Shown one piece after another: positions 1-8,132 of a DNA stretch of 27,327 nucleotides. Within the stretch, counting starts at the first letter, position 1, and each line of letters begins with the position of its first letter. A model generated the notes under the pieces. That model did no database searches. It was not told the DNA's origin and worked only from the letters and a program-made list of their open reading frames with translations. This stretch comes from a virus (taxonomy: Duplodnaviria; Caudoviricetes): IMG/VR virus record IMGVR_UViG_3300017648_000014, positions 1 through 27,327 of that record. One strand, 5' to 3'. Made by a program: the position numbers and the translations under genes.

Positions 1-165
1 CGAGAAATCATCCGCAAAGCAACCGACCCGGCGGCATTGGCGGCGTGGTGGAACGATCAGAAACAAGCCCGGCGCGACTTCGAACTGACGCAAGCAGAGA
101 TCGACGACTTGAAAAAATTCATCGTCGCGCGGCGCGACCAACTCAACAGCAAGGAAGCAGCATGA
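1..165 (+). CDS. C-terminal fragment of a phage protein (possibly a single-strand annealing recombinase)
   Basis: Frame 1 is open from base 1 (REIIRKATDPAALAAWWNDQ...SKEAA*). Its stop overlaps the next ATG (ATGA 162-165). Function is guessed only from its position before SSB-like and NinB genes. Confidence 0.6.
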   Translation, partial: REIIRKATDPAALAAWWNDQKQARRDFELTQAEIDDLKKFIVARRDQLNSKEAA

Positions 166-419
166 CGGATCGTTACGACGCGGTAGTGAGCCGCAAGGAC
201 AAGGGTGGAAAGTGGCGTAGCACCCGGATCGGCGTTGCCTTTCCTGGCGAGAATGGCCGGTTCAACGTGGTGCTGAGCGCGCTACCGCTGACGGGAAGCG
301 ATGGGCAAGCGTACATCACGCTTTTCCCGGCAGAGGAAAAAGACAGCCAGTCACAAGGCAGCGCGCCGCGCGGCAATGACATGAACGACGATATCCCGTT
401 CGCCCCGGAGTTTCGTTGA
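162..419 (+). CDS. Small SSB-like protein with acidic DDIPF tail
   Basis: ATG at 162 with AAGGAAG SD and ATGA coupling. Beta-rich core, flexible linker, C-terminal NDDIPFAPEFR. Confidence 0.6.
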   Translation: MTDRYDAVVSRKDKGGKWRSTRIGVAFPGENGRFNVVLSALPLTGSDGQAYITLFPAEEKDSQSQGSAPRGNDMNDDIPFAPEFR

Positions 420-823
420 TGGCTCAGACGGTGATCCTTCACGGCGCATCGCAACGGTCATTTGCAAAGCAGATGATCGATCGTGCGCCTGCGGGCGCTG
501 TTGTGACCATCCGCGAGGCGACCCGGAGCACTGACCAGAATGCCAAGATGTGGGCGATGCTGTCTGACGTGTCGCGCGCAAAGCCGGAAGGACGGCATTG
601 GACGCCTGAGACGTGGAAATGTGCGTTCATGCATTCGCTCGGGCATCAGGTAAAATTCTGTGAAGGGCTGGATGGCTCGGGGCCATTCCCGCTCGGATTT
701 CGTTCGTCGCGCCTGACTGTCAAGCAGATGATTGATCTGATCGAGGTCATCCAGGAGTACGGGGACCGACACGGCGTTGTGTGGACTGATCCGGCATTGT
801 GCGACGGGAGGACTGCGGCATGA
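419..823 (+). CDS. ninB: NinB/Orf family recombination protein
   Basis: RSxDQNAKMWAMLSDVS, W-x-x-E-x-WK and SSRLTVKQMIDLIEVIQEYG..HGV.W motifs. TGATG overlap with the upstream gene. Confidence 0.88.
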   Translation: MAQTVILHGASQRSFAKQMIDRAPAGAVVTIREATRSTDQNAKMWAMLSDVSRAKPEGRHWTPETWKCAFMHSLGHQVKFCEGLDGSGPFPLGFRSSRLTVKQMIDLIEVIQEYGDRHGVVWTDPALCDGRTAA

Positions 824-1020
824 CGATCAGCCTTGATCAGCAAGCAACCGCAGTAGAGACAGCCGCAGCCAATCTGCGGGGGCATGTCGAGAACTTGCGG
901 AATCTGGTCGCAGCCAAGCGCCGCAGCGAAATGGATCTGCATATCGCAGAGGATCGTTTACCGGCGCTTGAAGCCGCAGCAAGGACCTTGCGCCAGATGG
1001 CGAGGGGGAAGGCCGCATGA
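820..1020 (+). CDS. Hypothetical helical protein (66 aa)
   Basis: ATGA overlaps at both ends; GGAGG SD. Confidence 0.75.
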   Translation: MTISLDQQATAVETAAANLRGHVENLRNLVAAKRRSEMDLHIAEDRLPALEAAARTLRQMARGKAA

Positions 1021-1391
1021 GCCAGCAGCGCCCGCGCAAATCACTGACACGCAATCAGCGCGCCGAGCTTTTCCTTGAGCACGGCGGGCGCTGCTATCTC
1101 TGCGGCTGCATCATCAATGCGGGCCGTGGCGAGGCGTGGGAAGTGGAGCACGTCGAAGCGCGGGAGATTAGCGGTCGGGACGATTGGACGAACCTACGGC
1201 CCGCGCACGTCGATTGTCACAAGGTCAAGACGAAAGAAGACAAGGCGGTCATCGCCAAGTGTAACCGGGTGCGAAACAAGCATCTCGGCATTCGTAAGCG
1301 TACCAGCTTCCGTGGCTGGAGAAAAATGAACGGAGACATTGTTTTCAACAAGCAAGGGGCACGCAACCATGGAAGCTCAAATCGGTCATAA
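1017..1391 (+). CDS. HNH endonuclease
   Basis: CYLC...WEVEH...[14 protein letters not shown] motif set. Confidence 0.9.
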   Translation: MSQQRPRKSLTRNQRAELFLEHGGRCYLCGCIINAGRGEAWEVEHVEAREISGRDDWTNLRPAHVDCHKVKTKEDKAVIAKCNRVRNKHLGIRKRTSFRGWRKMNGDIVFNKQGARNHGSSNRS

Positions 1392-1650
1392 CTCGGGTGA
1401 CACAGAGCACGCGGCGACGAAGTTTGCCAAGGATCAGTTGAAGGCCATCATCGAGCGTATCGAACGCCTCGAAGAAGAAAAGAAGGGGATTAGCGACGAT
1501 ATCGGTGACGTGTACGCCGAAGCGAAGGGTAACGGCTATAACGCCAAGGCGTTGCGGACCATCGTTCGCATGAGGAAGCAGGACGCCAACGAGCGGGCAG
1601 AGCAGGAGACGATCCTCGATACTTACATGCAAGCCTTGGGGATGCTGTAA
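1369..1650 (+). CDS. DUF2312/GapR-family DNA-binding protein
   Basis: IGHNSG...[46 protein letters not shown]...[11 protein letters not shown] matches the GapR family pattern. Confidence 0.93.
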   Translation: MEAQIGHNSGDTEHAATKFAKDQLKAIIERIERLEEEKKGISDDIGDVYAEAKGNGYNAKALRTIVRMRKQDANERAEQETILDTYMQALGML

Positions 1651-2424
1651 GTGATTACGGCGGCCGTCCTTGATGCAATGGTCGCCTCCGGCTGCACGCC
1701 GGAGCAGATCGCGGCTGCCGTGAAGGCTGATATTGCGGCTCACGAAGCTGGCGTTGAGGCGAAGCGTGAGTACGAGCGCAATCGGAAGCGCGCACAACGC
1801 GCAAACAAAGCTGCGATGTCCCACGATGTCCCGGGGACAACCGGGGACAACTCGGGACATTGCGGGACAGCCGGGGACAACCGGGACACGGTTTCCCTTT
1901 CCCCCGTTCCCCCTTCTTCCCCCCCATACCCCCCTAATAACCCCCTTACCCCCAAACCCATCCAAAAAAACAATTCGCGCGGGACGCGCTTGCCCGACGA
2001 TTGGCAGCTAACCGGGCCAGATTTGGCCTATGCGCTGTCGAAAGGATTGACCGAAGCGGAAACCGGCGACTTGGCCGAGCGGTTCAAATCCTGGGCTTTG
2101 TCGGCAAGCGGACCAAACGCGGTCAAACGCAACTGGCATCAGGCTTGGCAGGGCTGGGTGCAGCGTGACGGGCCGAAGATCGTCGCAGCACGCGCCGGGC
2201 CGCGCAGCGGCTTTGCCAAGCCACTTACCGAATTTCAGCGAAAACAGCAGGAAACGAACGATGTCCGACAAATGCTCCGAGATTCAGCTACTGCCGCAAG
2301 AGGCGGCGGAACGGCTGATCGGGTTCTATCCATCGATCACGGCGGCGGACCCGAGGGTTTACGCGGCGGGACTGGTAGCGGTTTTTTCGATCTACAAGCC
2401 GCACCATCTAGCCAAGGCCGTTGA
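1651..2424 (+). CDS. Phage replication initiator (O-like position, DnaT-like C-terminal domain)
   Basis: N-terminal helical domain, ERNRKRAQR basic helix, iteron-bearing linker, then RGTRLPDDW...F..W...KRNW..AW..WV domain. Confidence 0.7.
   Translation: MITAAVLDAMVASGCTPEQIAAAVKADIAAHEAGVEAKREYERNRKRAQRANKAAMSHDVPGTTGDNSGHCGTAGDNRDTVSLSPVPPSSPPYPPNNPLTPKPIQKNNSRGTRLPDDWQLTGPDLAYALSKGLTEAETGDLAERFKSWALSASGPNAVKRNWHQAWQGWVQRDGPKIVAARAGPRSGFAKPLTEFQRKQQETNDVRQMLRDSATAARGGGTADRVLSIDHGGGPEGLRGGTGSGFFDLQAAPSSQGR
1817..1888. repeat. Iteron array, putative replication origin: 2x TGTCCC then 6x GGGACA at ~10 bp period
   Basis: TGTCCC at 1817 and 1827; GGGACA at 1834, 1844, 1854, 1864, 1874 and 1883. 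Lies inside the initiator gene, like lambda ori in O. Confidence 0.8.
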
Positions 2425-2695
2425 TCCATTGGTCGGCTTGCCAAGCCTCTACGACTTCCCGCCAACGATGAAACAGGTGAGGGAATTTCTTGAACCGATG
2501 GCCGCGCGTGAGCGTGAGATGGACGAGCGGGAGCGCCGCCGGCAACAACAGCTATTGCCAGCACCTAAGCGTAACCCGGAAGAAGAAAAGTACGTGATGG
2601 ATGGGTTGCGGAAGCTGTCTGATCATCTGGCGAAGGGCTTTGGCCCTAGCGTGCTCGACGATGATCCGCCGAAAAAGAAGAAGGCGGACGCATGA
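2261..2695 (+). CDS. Hypothetical replication accessory protein (helicase-loader position)
   Basis: ATG at 2261 with CAGGAAA upstream; follows the initiator; ATGA-coupled downstream. Confidence 0.65.
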   Translation: MSDKCSEIQLLPQEAAERLIGFYPSITAADPRVYAAGLVAVFSIYKPHHLAKAVDPLVGLPSLYDFPPTMKQVREFLEPMAAREREMDERERRRQQQLLPAPKRNPEEEKYVMDGLRKLSDHLAKGFGPSVLDDDPPKKKKADA

Positions 2696-2754
2696 CAGCA
2701 CCCGGCATCCGCTGGTCGCGGGAGTGTGGTTTCAACTTGAGGGGCAAAGCATGA
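2692..2754 (+). CDS. 20-aa micro-ORF MTAPGIRWSRECGFNLRGKA
   Basis: ATGA overlap with both flanking genes; below the ORF-track cutoff. Confidence 0.5.
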   Translation: MTAPGIRWSRECGFNLRGKA

Positions 2755-2939
2755 AGCTGAAATGGCCGTTGATGCTGGTTTCAACCCACGAACGGGTCAG
2801 GCTGGAAAACTACACGTTGCGGGACGCGCTCCGCGAGGCCAACCGGGAACTGCTGAAACACCGGCAGCTAATCGCCGCGCTCAAATCTGGTCACGAGCAA
2901 ACGTCAAAGCAATTTGAGGCGGCGGTCAGGGCAAAATGA
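2751..2939 (+). CDS. Hypothetical coiled-coil protein (62 aa)
   Basis: GAGGGG SD; ATGA coupling at both ends. Confidence 0.7.
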   Translation: MKLKWPLMLVSTHERVRLENYTLRDALREANRELLKHRQLIAALKSGHEQTSKQFEAAVRAK

Positions 2940-3526
2940 TCGGTCTGGTTTGGGTGCGTCAAACTATCTCGAAACGAAACGGGGCAATTCAGATCATGGT
3001 TGGACGACCGCGAAAGATCGGGAAGCGGGAGCGGAATGGGCGGGTGCAGCGCACCTACGAAAACCCACGAGCGCAAATCGCAGCTCAGCCGCACCGCATG
3101 GTGGTGCCGGCGAGGTTTCGGGAAATGCCTGAAGCCGAGTCCGAATTTGGTCGGTTGATGCTCAACGGCTGGATCACGCCAGCGCAGTTCGAGGCGGGCA
3201 AGGAATACGCGCGGCTGGCGGCGCGATACCGGGCGGCGATCCTAGCGCCGAACCCGAGCCCATCAGGGATTGATTTAGCCGCGGCTGGATTCGGTCACGG
3301 CGCTGGGATGGCGGATAATACCGCCCGATCAATTAAACGCGCCTACGACGCTGCATTTGAATCCTGTGGGCCTGTCAGATTGCAAAAAGCCATCGCTCAT
3401 CACGTCATCCATGATCGCAAGATTGACGACTTCGACACGCGGCGGCTGTTAAAGTTGGGGCTTGATAAGCTGGTCGCGCATTTTGGTATTGACCCGGCCT
3501 TGCGAATAAGTTCTAGTCGTCAGTAA
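2936..3526 (+). CDS. Putative late-gene activator/antiterminator (DUF6456-like); alternative start at 2996
   Basis: Q-equivalent position before the terminase genes. AESEFGRL..NGWITPAQFEAG and C-terminal LKLGLDKLVAHFG resemble DUF6456 proteins. Basic GRPRK N-terminus. Confidence 0.55.
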   Translation: MIGLVWVRQTISKRNGAIQIMVGRPRKIGKRERNGRVQRTYENPRAQIAAQPHRMVVPARFREMPEAESEFGRLMLNGWITPAQFEAGKEYARLAARYRAAILAPNPSPSGIDLAAAGFGHGAGMADNTARSIKRAYDAAFESCGPVRLQKAIAHHVIHDRKIDDFDTRRLLKLGLDKLVAHFGIDPALRISSSRQ

Positions 3527-3618
3527 TGCAAATGACGAATTGCGCCCGGAGGCTCAGTTTCTCGAGCGCTTTTGATTCAGGACTAAAGCCGGACCGCTGT
3601 GCCTAGCGGTTCATTCAC

Positions 3619-3645
3619 ACCCCGCCTCGTGCGGGGTTTTTCTTT
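3619..3645 (+). terminator. Intrinsic terminator in the late leader
   Basis: ACCCCGC-CTCGT-GCGGGGT followed by TTTTCTTT. Confidence 0.8.
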
Positions 3646-3659
3646 GAGGGGTAGAGATC

Positions 3660-3950
3660 ATGGATTTAGGCTCAGTGAAGCAGGGCGGCATTCAGTCTGG
3701 CAGTGTGACGTATGCGCCGCCGAAGGCCAAGCTCGAACTCGGGATGATCGAACGCGCGGCCGGTGTCACGAACGGTCTACAAGCTCTTCACGACAAGCTC
3801 GGCAGCCTCCGTGACAAGATCGAGGGCAACGGCGCTTGTGGCAATGAGATCAAGCCGCCCCCCAATGGGTTGGCCGGCCAACTCTCCGAAGCCGAATCCA
3901 TCCTCCGCGCTTGTCATTCCTTGCTCGACGATATCGCCGGCAAGTTCTGA
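3660..3950 (+). CDS. Hypothetical helical protein (96 aa)
   Basis: GAGGGG SD; flanked by a 15-bp direct repeat. Confidence 0.75.
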   Translation: MDLGSVKQGGIQSGSVTYAPPKAKLELGMIERAAGVTNGLQALHDKLGSLRDKIEGNGACGNEIKPPPNGLAGQLSEAESILRACHSLLDDIAGKF

Positions 3951-4015
3951 CCCGGTTTTTCTTTGAGGTGAGGGGGTGAAAGCCGCGATGCCTCAAAAAC
4001 TTGAGTATTTTCAAA

Positions 4016-4321
4016 ATGGCAGGTGTTAAGGGCCGATCAGGCACAAACAAGGGCAAGGATAAACCGTTCCGCGATGCGCTCCGCATGGAGATCGCGGCGC
4101 TCGGTGAAGATGATCCGAAGGCACTGCGAGGCTTAGCGCGCAACCTTCTGACGCTCGCCTCTGGTGCGGATGGATTGCAGGCGATTCGCGAAATTGCAGA
4201 CCGATTGGATGGCAAGCCTGCACAGGCTGTCGAGATGTCCGGCAACTTGGCGCTGTCGCATGAGGAAGCATTAGATGAGCTTGACGAGCCGGGAACGGAC
4301 GATCCGGCGTCGGCTTCGTGA
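4016..4321 (+). CDS. terS: Terminase small subunit
   Basis: Directly upstream of TerL. MAGVKGRSG N-terminus and AIREIADRLDGKPAQAV motif. Confidence 0.75.
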   Translation: MAGVKGRSGTNKGKDKPFRDALRMEIAALGEDDPKALRGLARNLLTLASGADGLQAIREIADRLDGKPAQAVEMSGNLALSHEEALDELDEPGTDDPASAS

Positions 4322-5822
4322 CGACTTCCGGCATTACGCCGCGAAGTGTCTCAGGATCAGAACGAAAGCCGGGCATATTGAGCCATTGTCGCTCAACCAG
4401 GCTCAACTCTATCTGCACGGCCGGCTAGAGGCGCAACGCGAGAGAACCGGCAAGGTTCGCGCGCTGGTGCTCAAGGGGCGCCAGCAAGGGATATCGACCT
4501 ACATAGGTGGCCGTTACTACTGGCGAGCATCGCATAGTCGCGGCGTCCGGGTATTCATCCTCACCCATGAGCAGGACGCCACAAACAACCTGTTCGGGAT
4601 GGTGGAGCGCTATCACAGTCATTGCCCGGCGCTGGTGAAGCCGGCGACCGGCGCGGCGAACGCGAAGGAGTTGAGTTTCGAGGCGCTGGAAAGCGGATAC
4701 GCGGTCGGTACAGCAGGTGCAAAGGCGGTGGGACGGTCGCAGACCGTGCAGCTATTCCACGGCTCTGAGGTGGCTTTCTGGCCCAATGCAAAGACGCATT
4801 TTGCGGGCGTTGTTCAGGCTATTCCTGATCTGGCTGGCACTGAGATTGTTCTGGAATCTACTGCGAATGGCGTCGGCGGCGAATTTCATGAGCGTTGGCA
4901 GCAGGCGGAAGCGGGGATAGGCGACTACGAGGCGATTTTCATTCCGTGGTTCTGGCAGGATGAGTATCGCCGCGATGTGCCGGACGGCTTTAGTCTCGAC
5001 GAAGAGGAGCAGGCATACGCCGATGCTCACAAGTTGGACCTCGGGCAGATGGCTTGGCGTCGGGCCAAGATTGCAGAACTGAAAGACCCGTTGTTGTTCA
5101 AGCAGGAATATCCTGCAACGGCGGATGAAGCGTTCCAGATGACGGGGCATGACAGCTTCATCAAGGCGGACAAGGTGCTGGCGGCTCGCAAGGCGGAATG
5201 CGAGGGCATCGGACCGCTGGTGCTGGGTGTGGACCCAGCGCGGTTTGGCGACGACAGGTTTTCGATAGCGTGGCGTAAAGGCCGTAAGGTTTCGAAGCTG
5301 GAAAGTCGGGCGAAGATAGACACGGTTGCAGGCGCGAATTGGGTCAAGCAAGTGATCGACGCTGACAGCCCAGCGCGTGTGTTCATCGACGTTGGTGGTG
5401 TTGGCGCTGGCGTTGTCGATATCCTGCATAGCTGGGGCGGCAAGTATCTGGAACTGGTGACGCCGATCAACTTCGGATCGGAGCCGCAAGAGCCGCATGT
5501 CTTGCTGCCTGACGGAACGAAATCGGCGGGGCCGCGTAACCGACGCGCAGAAATGTGGTCGCGGTCAAAGGATTGGCTGGATGAGCCGGGCGGGGCGGAT
5601 ATCCCGGACAAGGATAGCTTGCAGGCCGACGCTTGCGGGCCGGGATATTCCTACGACGTGAATCAGCGGCTTCAACTGGAAAGCAAGGAACATATGCGAG
5701 CGCGCGGCGTGCGATCCCCTGACGAATGGGATGCGATCGCGCTGACGTTCGCAGAGCCGGTGCATGAGGCTGTAGAGAGGCCGCGCCGTTATCGGCACGT
5801 CGGAAGCTGGCAGGGCGCATAA
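4275..5822 (+). CDS. terL: Terminase large subunit
   Basis: Walker A-like LKGRQQGIST, Walker B-like LFHGSEVAFW, LESTANG coupling motif, nuclease LGVDPARFGDD and SPDEWDAIALTF. Confidence 0.96.
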   Translation: MSLTSRERTIRRRLRDDFRHYAAKCLRIRTKAGHIEPLSLNQAQLYLHGRLEAQRERTGKVRALVLKGRQQGISTYIGGRYYWRASHSRGVRVFILTHEQDATNNLFGMVERYHSHCPALVKPATGAANAKELSFEALESGYAVGTAGAKAVGRSQTVQLFHGSEVAFWPNAKTHFAGVVQAIPDLAGTEIVLESTANGVGGEFHERWQQAEAGIGDYEAIFIPWFWQDEYRRDVPDGFSLDEEEQAYADAHKLDLGQMAWRRAKIAELKDPLLFKQEYPATADEAFQMTGHDSFIKADKVLAARKAECEGIGPLVLGVDPARFGDDRFSIAWRKGRKVSKLESRAKIDTVAGANWVKQVIDADSPARVFIDVGGVGAGVVDILHSWGGKYLELVTPINFGSEPQEPHVLLPDGTKSAGPRNRRAEMWSRSKDWLDEPGGADIPDKDSLQADACGPGYSYDVNQRLQLESKEHMRARGVRSPDEWDAIALTFAEPVHEAVERPRRYRHVGSWQGA

Positions 5823-5825
5823 TCG

Positions 5826-8069
5826 ATGGCAGATGACGACCTGACCAACGCTGGTAGCGATACTGGCGAAGGCAAAGCCGCGCCTAAATCAGATTGGGAG
5901 GCCGTCCACGCACAGGCGATGGAGGAATACGCGCGTGACTACGAGCACGAGCGCGCCAATATCGAAGAGGCTTATGCCGATCTGGCGTTCATGCGTGGCG
6001 AGATTGAGGATCAATGGGACAAGGCCGCGCTGGATGCGCGCAAGGGCCGCCCAACGCATGTGATCAACGAGATTCCGCAATTTGTCCGCCAGGTGACTGG
6101 CGACATGCGACAGGCGAAGCCGGGCATCAAGGTTGTCCCGGTAGATAGCAACGCCGATCCCAAGACGGCTGAGGTTCTGGCGGGCATTGTCCGCTATGTC
6201 GAAAATCGGTCATACGCGCAAAGCATCTACACTCAAGCAGCGGATAGTCAGGTTGCGGCGGGTATCGGCCATTGGCGCGTCCTGACCGAGTATGCGAGTT
6301 CAACGACGTTCAACCAGGAACTGCGGATCGGGTCGATCCCGGATGGCATCGCGGTTATTTGGGACGCGGATGCTGTTCTGCCCACGCGTGAAGATGCGAT
6401 GCATTGCTTCGTTCCGGTTGATATGTCGCTGGCGAAGTTCAAGGCGAATTGGCCGAATGCGAAGTCGGAAGGCTTTGAGATAAAGGAGGGAACGCCGCTC
6501 TATGACTGGCGAGGCAGCGATTTCATCCGCGTTGCGGAGTATTGGGTAAAAAAGCCGATCAAGCGGCTGTTGGTCATGGGGCCGGATGGATCAATCGACG
6601 ACTTGACTTCTATGATGGACGGCCGCGATGACGCCGGCAAGCAGGCCGCCGTCGCTCAGTTGCAGGCTGAGGGGTTCCGCGCCGAATGGCGCGATAGTTT
6701 TAAGGTCGTCCAGTACAAGATCACCTGCGCTGAGGTGCTGGAAGAAAACGAATGGCCGGGGCTGCATATCCCAATCATCCCGGTGATTGGCATTGAAATT
6801 CCCATTGGGAGGACGGTCTATCGTCACGGCATCGTGCGTTACGCCAAAGAGCCGCAACGAATGCTCAACTACTACGCGTCTGCGGAAACCGAAATCATTG
6901 CGTTGCAACCGAAAGCGCCTTGGATTGGCACTACAAAGCAATTCGAGAAGAATTACGACCTTTGGGAAACGGCGAACACGGAGAATCATCCGTTTCTCGA
7001 ATATTCAGCGGACCCTCAAGCGCCTGGCCCGCCGCAGCGTGTTGCGCCTCCTGTCGCCTCGCAGGCCATCCAGCTCGGCCGCCAACAGGCGTCGGAGAAG
7101 TTGAGGGCTGTCATCGGCATCTACGATGCTTCGCTTGGCGCGCGCTCCAATGAGACGAGCGGCATTGCCATTCGGCGCCGTGATGCTCAGGCAGATACCG
7201 GAACATTCGTCTATCACGCCAACTTCTCGTTGGCGATCCAGCGCACGGGGCAGATCATCGTCGATCTTGCGCCGCACATCTACGACGCCGAACGGACCAT
7301 TCGCATTCTTGGTGACGACGGCAAGCCGGACCTCAAGACAATCAACCGCAAGACGTTGAAAGACGGCATCGAGGTTGTCGAGAACGATATCACGGTTGGA
7401 TCGTATGACGTGATGACGGTTGCGGGACCAAGCTACGCGACGCGCCGCGAGGAAGCCAGCGAAGCGCTGACCGCGTTCATTCAGGCATTTCCGCAAGCCG
7501 CGCCGGTCCTTGGTGATGTTTACGCCAAGATGCAGGATTGGCCGGACGCAGATAAGGTGAGCGAGCGGCTTGAGTTGCTGCTACCGCCGCAAGTGCAGGC
7601 GAAGTTGAAGCAGGAGCGTACCGATCCCGATGCGCCGCCTGAGCCGCCGACGCCGGAAGAACAACAGGCGCAACAGGAAGCACAAATCAAGCAGCAAGCC
7701 GTGATGCTCGAACTTGAGGGCAAGCACCTTGAGAACGAGCAGAAGAAGGTCGAGATAGCTGCCAAGGCGAAAGAGATTCAGCAGCCGGCCGAACAGCCGG
7801 ATCATGCAGCCGCTATCAAGGCTCAGGCCGAAATGGTCAAAGCCGAGAACGACGCGCGCATGGCCGATCTTGAATACCGCGCCAAGGAACAGGAATTGGC
7901 GCAAAAGCAGCGCATGGCTGAAGTCGAATTGCAGATCAAGATGGTTGAGCTTGCGAGCAAGCAGGCCGGCATCATGCAATCGCACGAGCGGCACGAGACA
8001 ACGATGGTGCATGACGCCGAACGTCACCGCCAGCAGCGAGAGCGGGCAAGCGAGCCCGCCGAACAGTAA
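5826..8069 (+). CDS. P22-like portal protein
   Basis: 747 aa. GRP..VIN.I, GIVRYAKEPQRMLNY, NETSGIAI..R and YDV...GPSYATRREEA motifs; long Q/E-rich C-terminal barrel. Confidence 0.93.
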   Translation: MADDDLTNAGSDTGEGKAAPKSDWEAVHAQAMEEYARDYEHERANIEEAYADLAFMRGEIEDQWDKAALDARKGRPTHVINEIPQFVRQVTGDMRQAKPGIKVVPVDSNADPKTAEVLAGIVRYVENRSYAQSIYTQAADSQVAAGIGHWRVLTEYASSTTFNQELRIGSIPDGIAVIWDADAVLPTREDAMHCFVPVDMSLAKFKANWPNAKSEGFEIKEGTPLYDWRGSDFIRVAEYWVKKPIKRLLVMGPDGSIDDLTSMMDGRDDAGKQAAVAQLQAEGFRAEWRDSFKVVQYKITCAEVLEENEWPGLHIPIIPVIGIEIPIGRTVYRHGIVRYAKEPQRMLNYYASAETEIIALQPKAPWIGTTKQFEKNYDLWETANTENHPFLEYSADPQAPGPPQRVAPPVASQAIQLGRQQASEKLRAVIGIYDASLGARSNETSGIAIRRRDAQADTGTFVYHANFSLAIQRTGQIIVDLAPHIYDAERTIRILGDDGKPDLKTINRKTLKDGIEVVENDITVGSYDVMTVAGPSYATRREEASEALTAFIQAFPQAAPVLGDVYAKMQDWPDADKVSERLELLLPPQVQAKLKQERTDPDAPPEPPTPEEQQAQQEAQIKQQAVMLELEGKHLENEQKKVEIAAKAKEIQQPAEQPDHAAAIKAQAEMVKAENDARMADLEYRAKEQELAQKQRMAEVELQIKMVELASKQAGIMQSHERHETTMVHDAERHRQQRERASEPAEQ

Positions 8070-8093
8070 TTCCGGCGCTTGACGCTGGTAACC

Positions 8094-8119
8094 GGCCGTC
8101 CTTCGGGGCGGCTTTTTTT
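8094..8119 (+). terminator. Intrinsic terminator between portal and scaffold
   Basis: GCCGTCC-TTCG-GGGCGGC plus T7. Confidence 0.8.
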
Positions 8120-8132
8120 ATTGGACGACACA

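Noticed and set aside
45-161. Upstream extensions in the ORF track (45, 1339, 2165, 2601, 8079, 17965, 22223, 23871, 24086, 26356, 26469)
   Set aside because: Internal ATGs with SD sequences or stop/start overlaps give better starts.
1017-1391. HNH as an intron- or intein-associated homing element
   Set aside because: It is a free-standing, translationally coupled nin-region gene with no interrupted host gene.
1817-1888. Repeat array as a CRISPR or VNTR
   Set aside because: The 6-bp cores have no spacers and no cas genes are present; an iteron origin explains them better.
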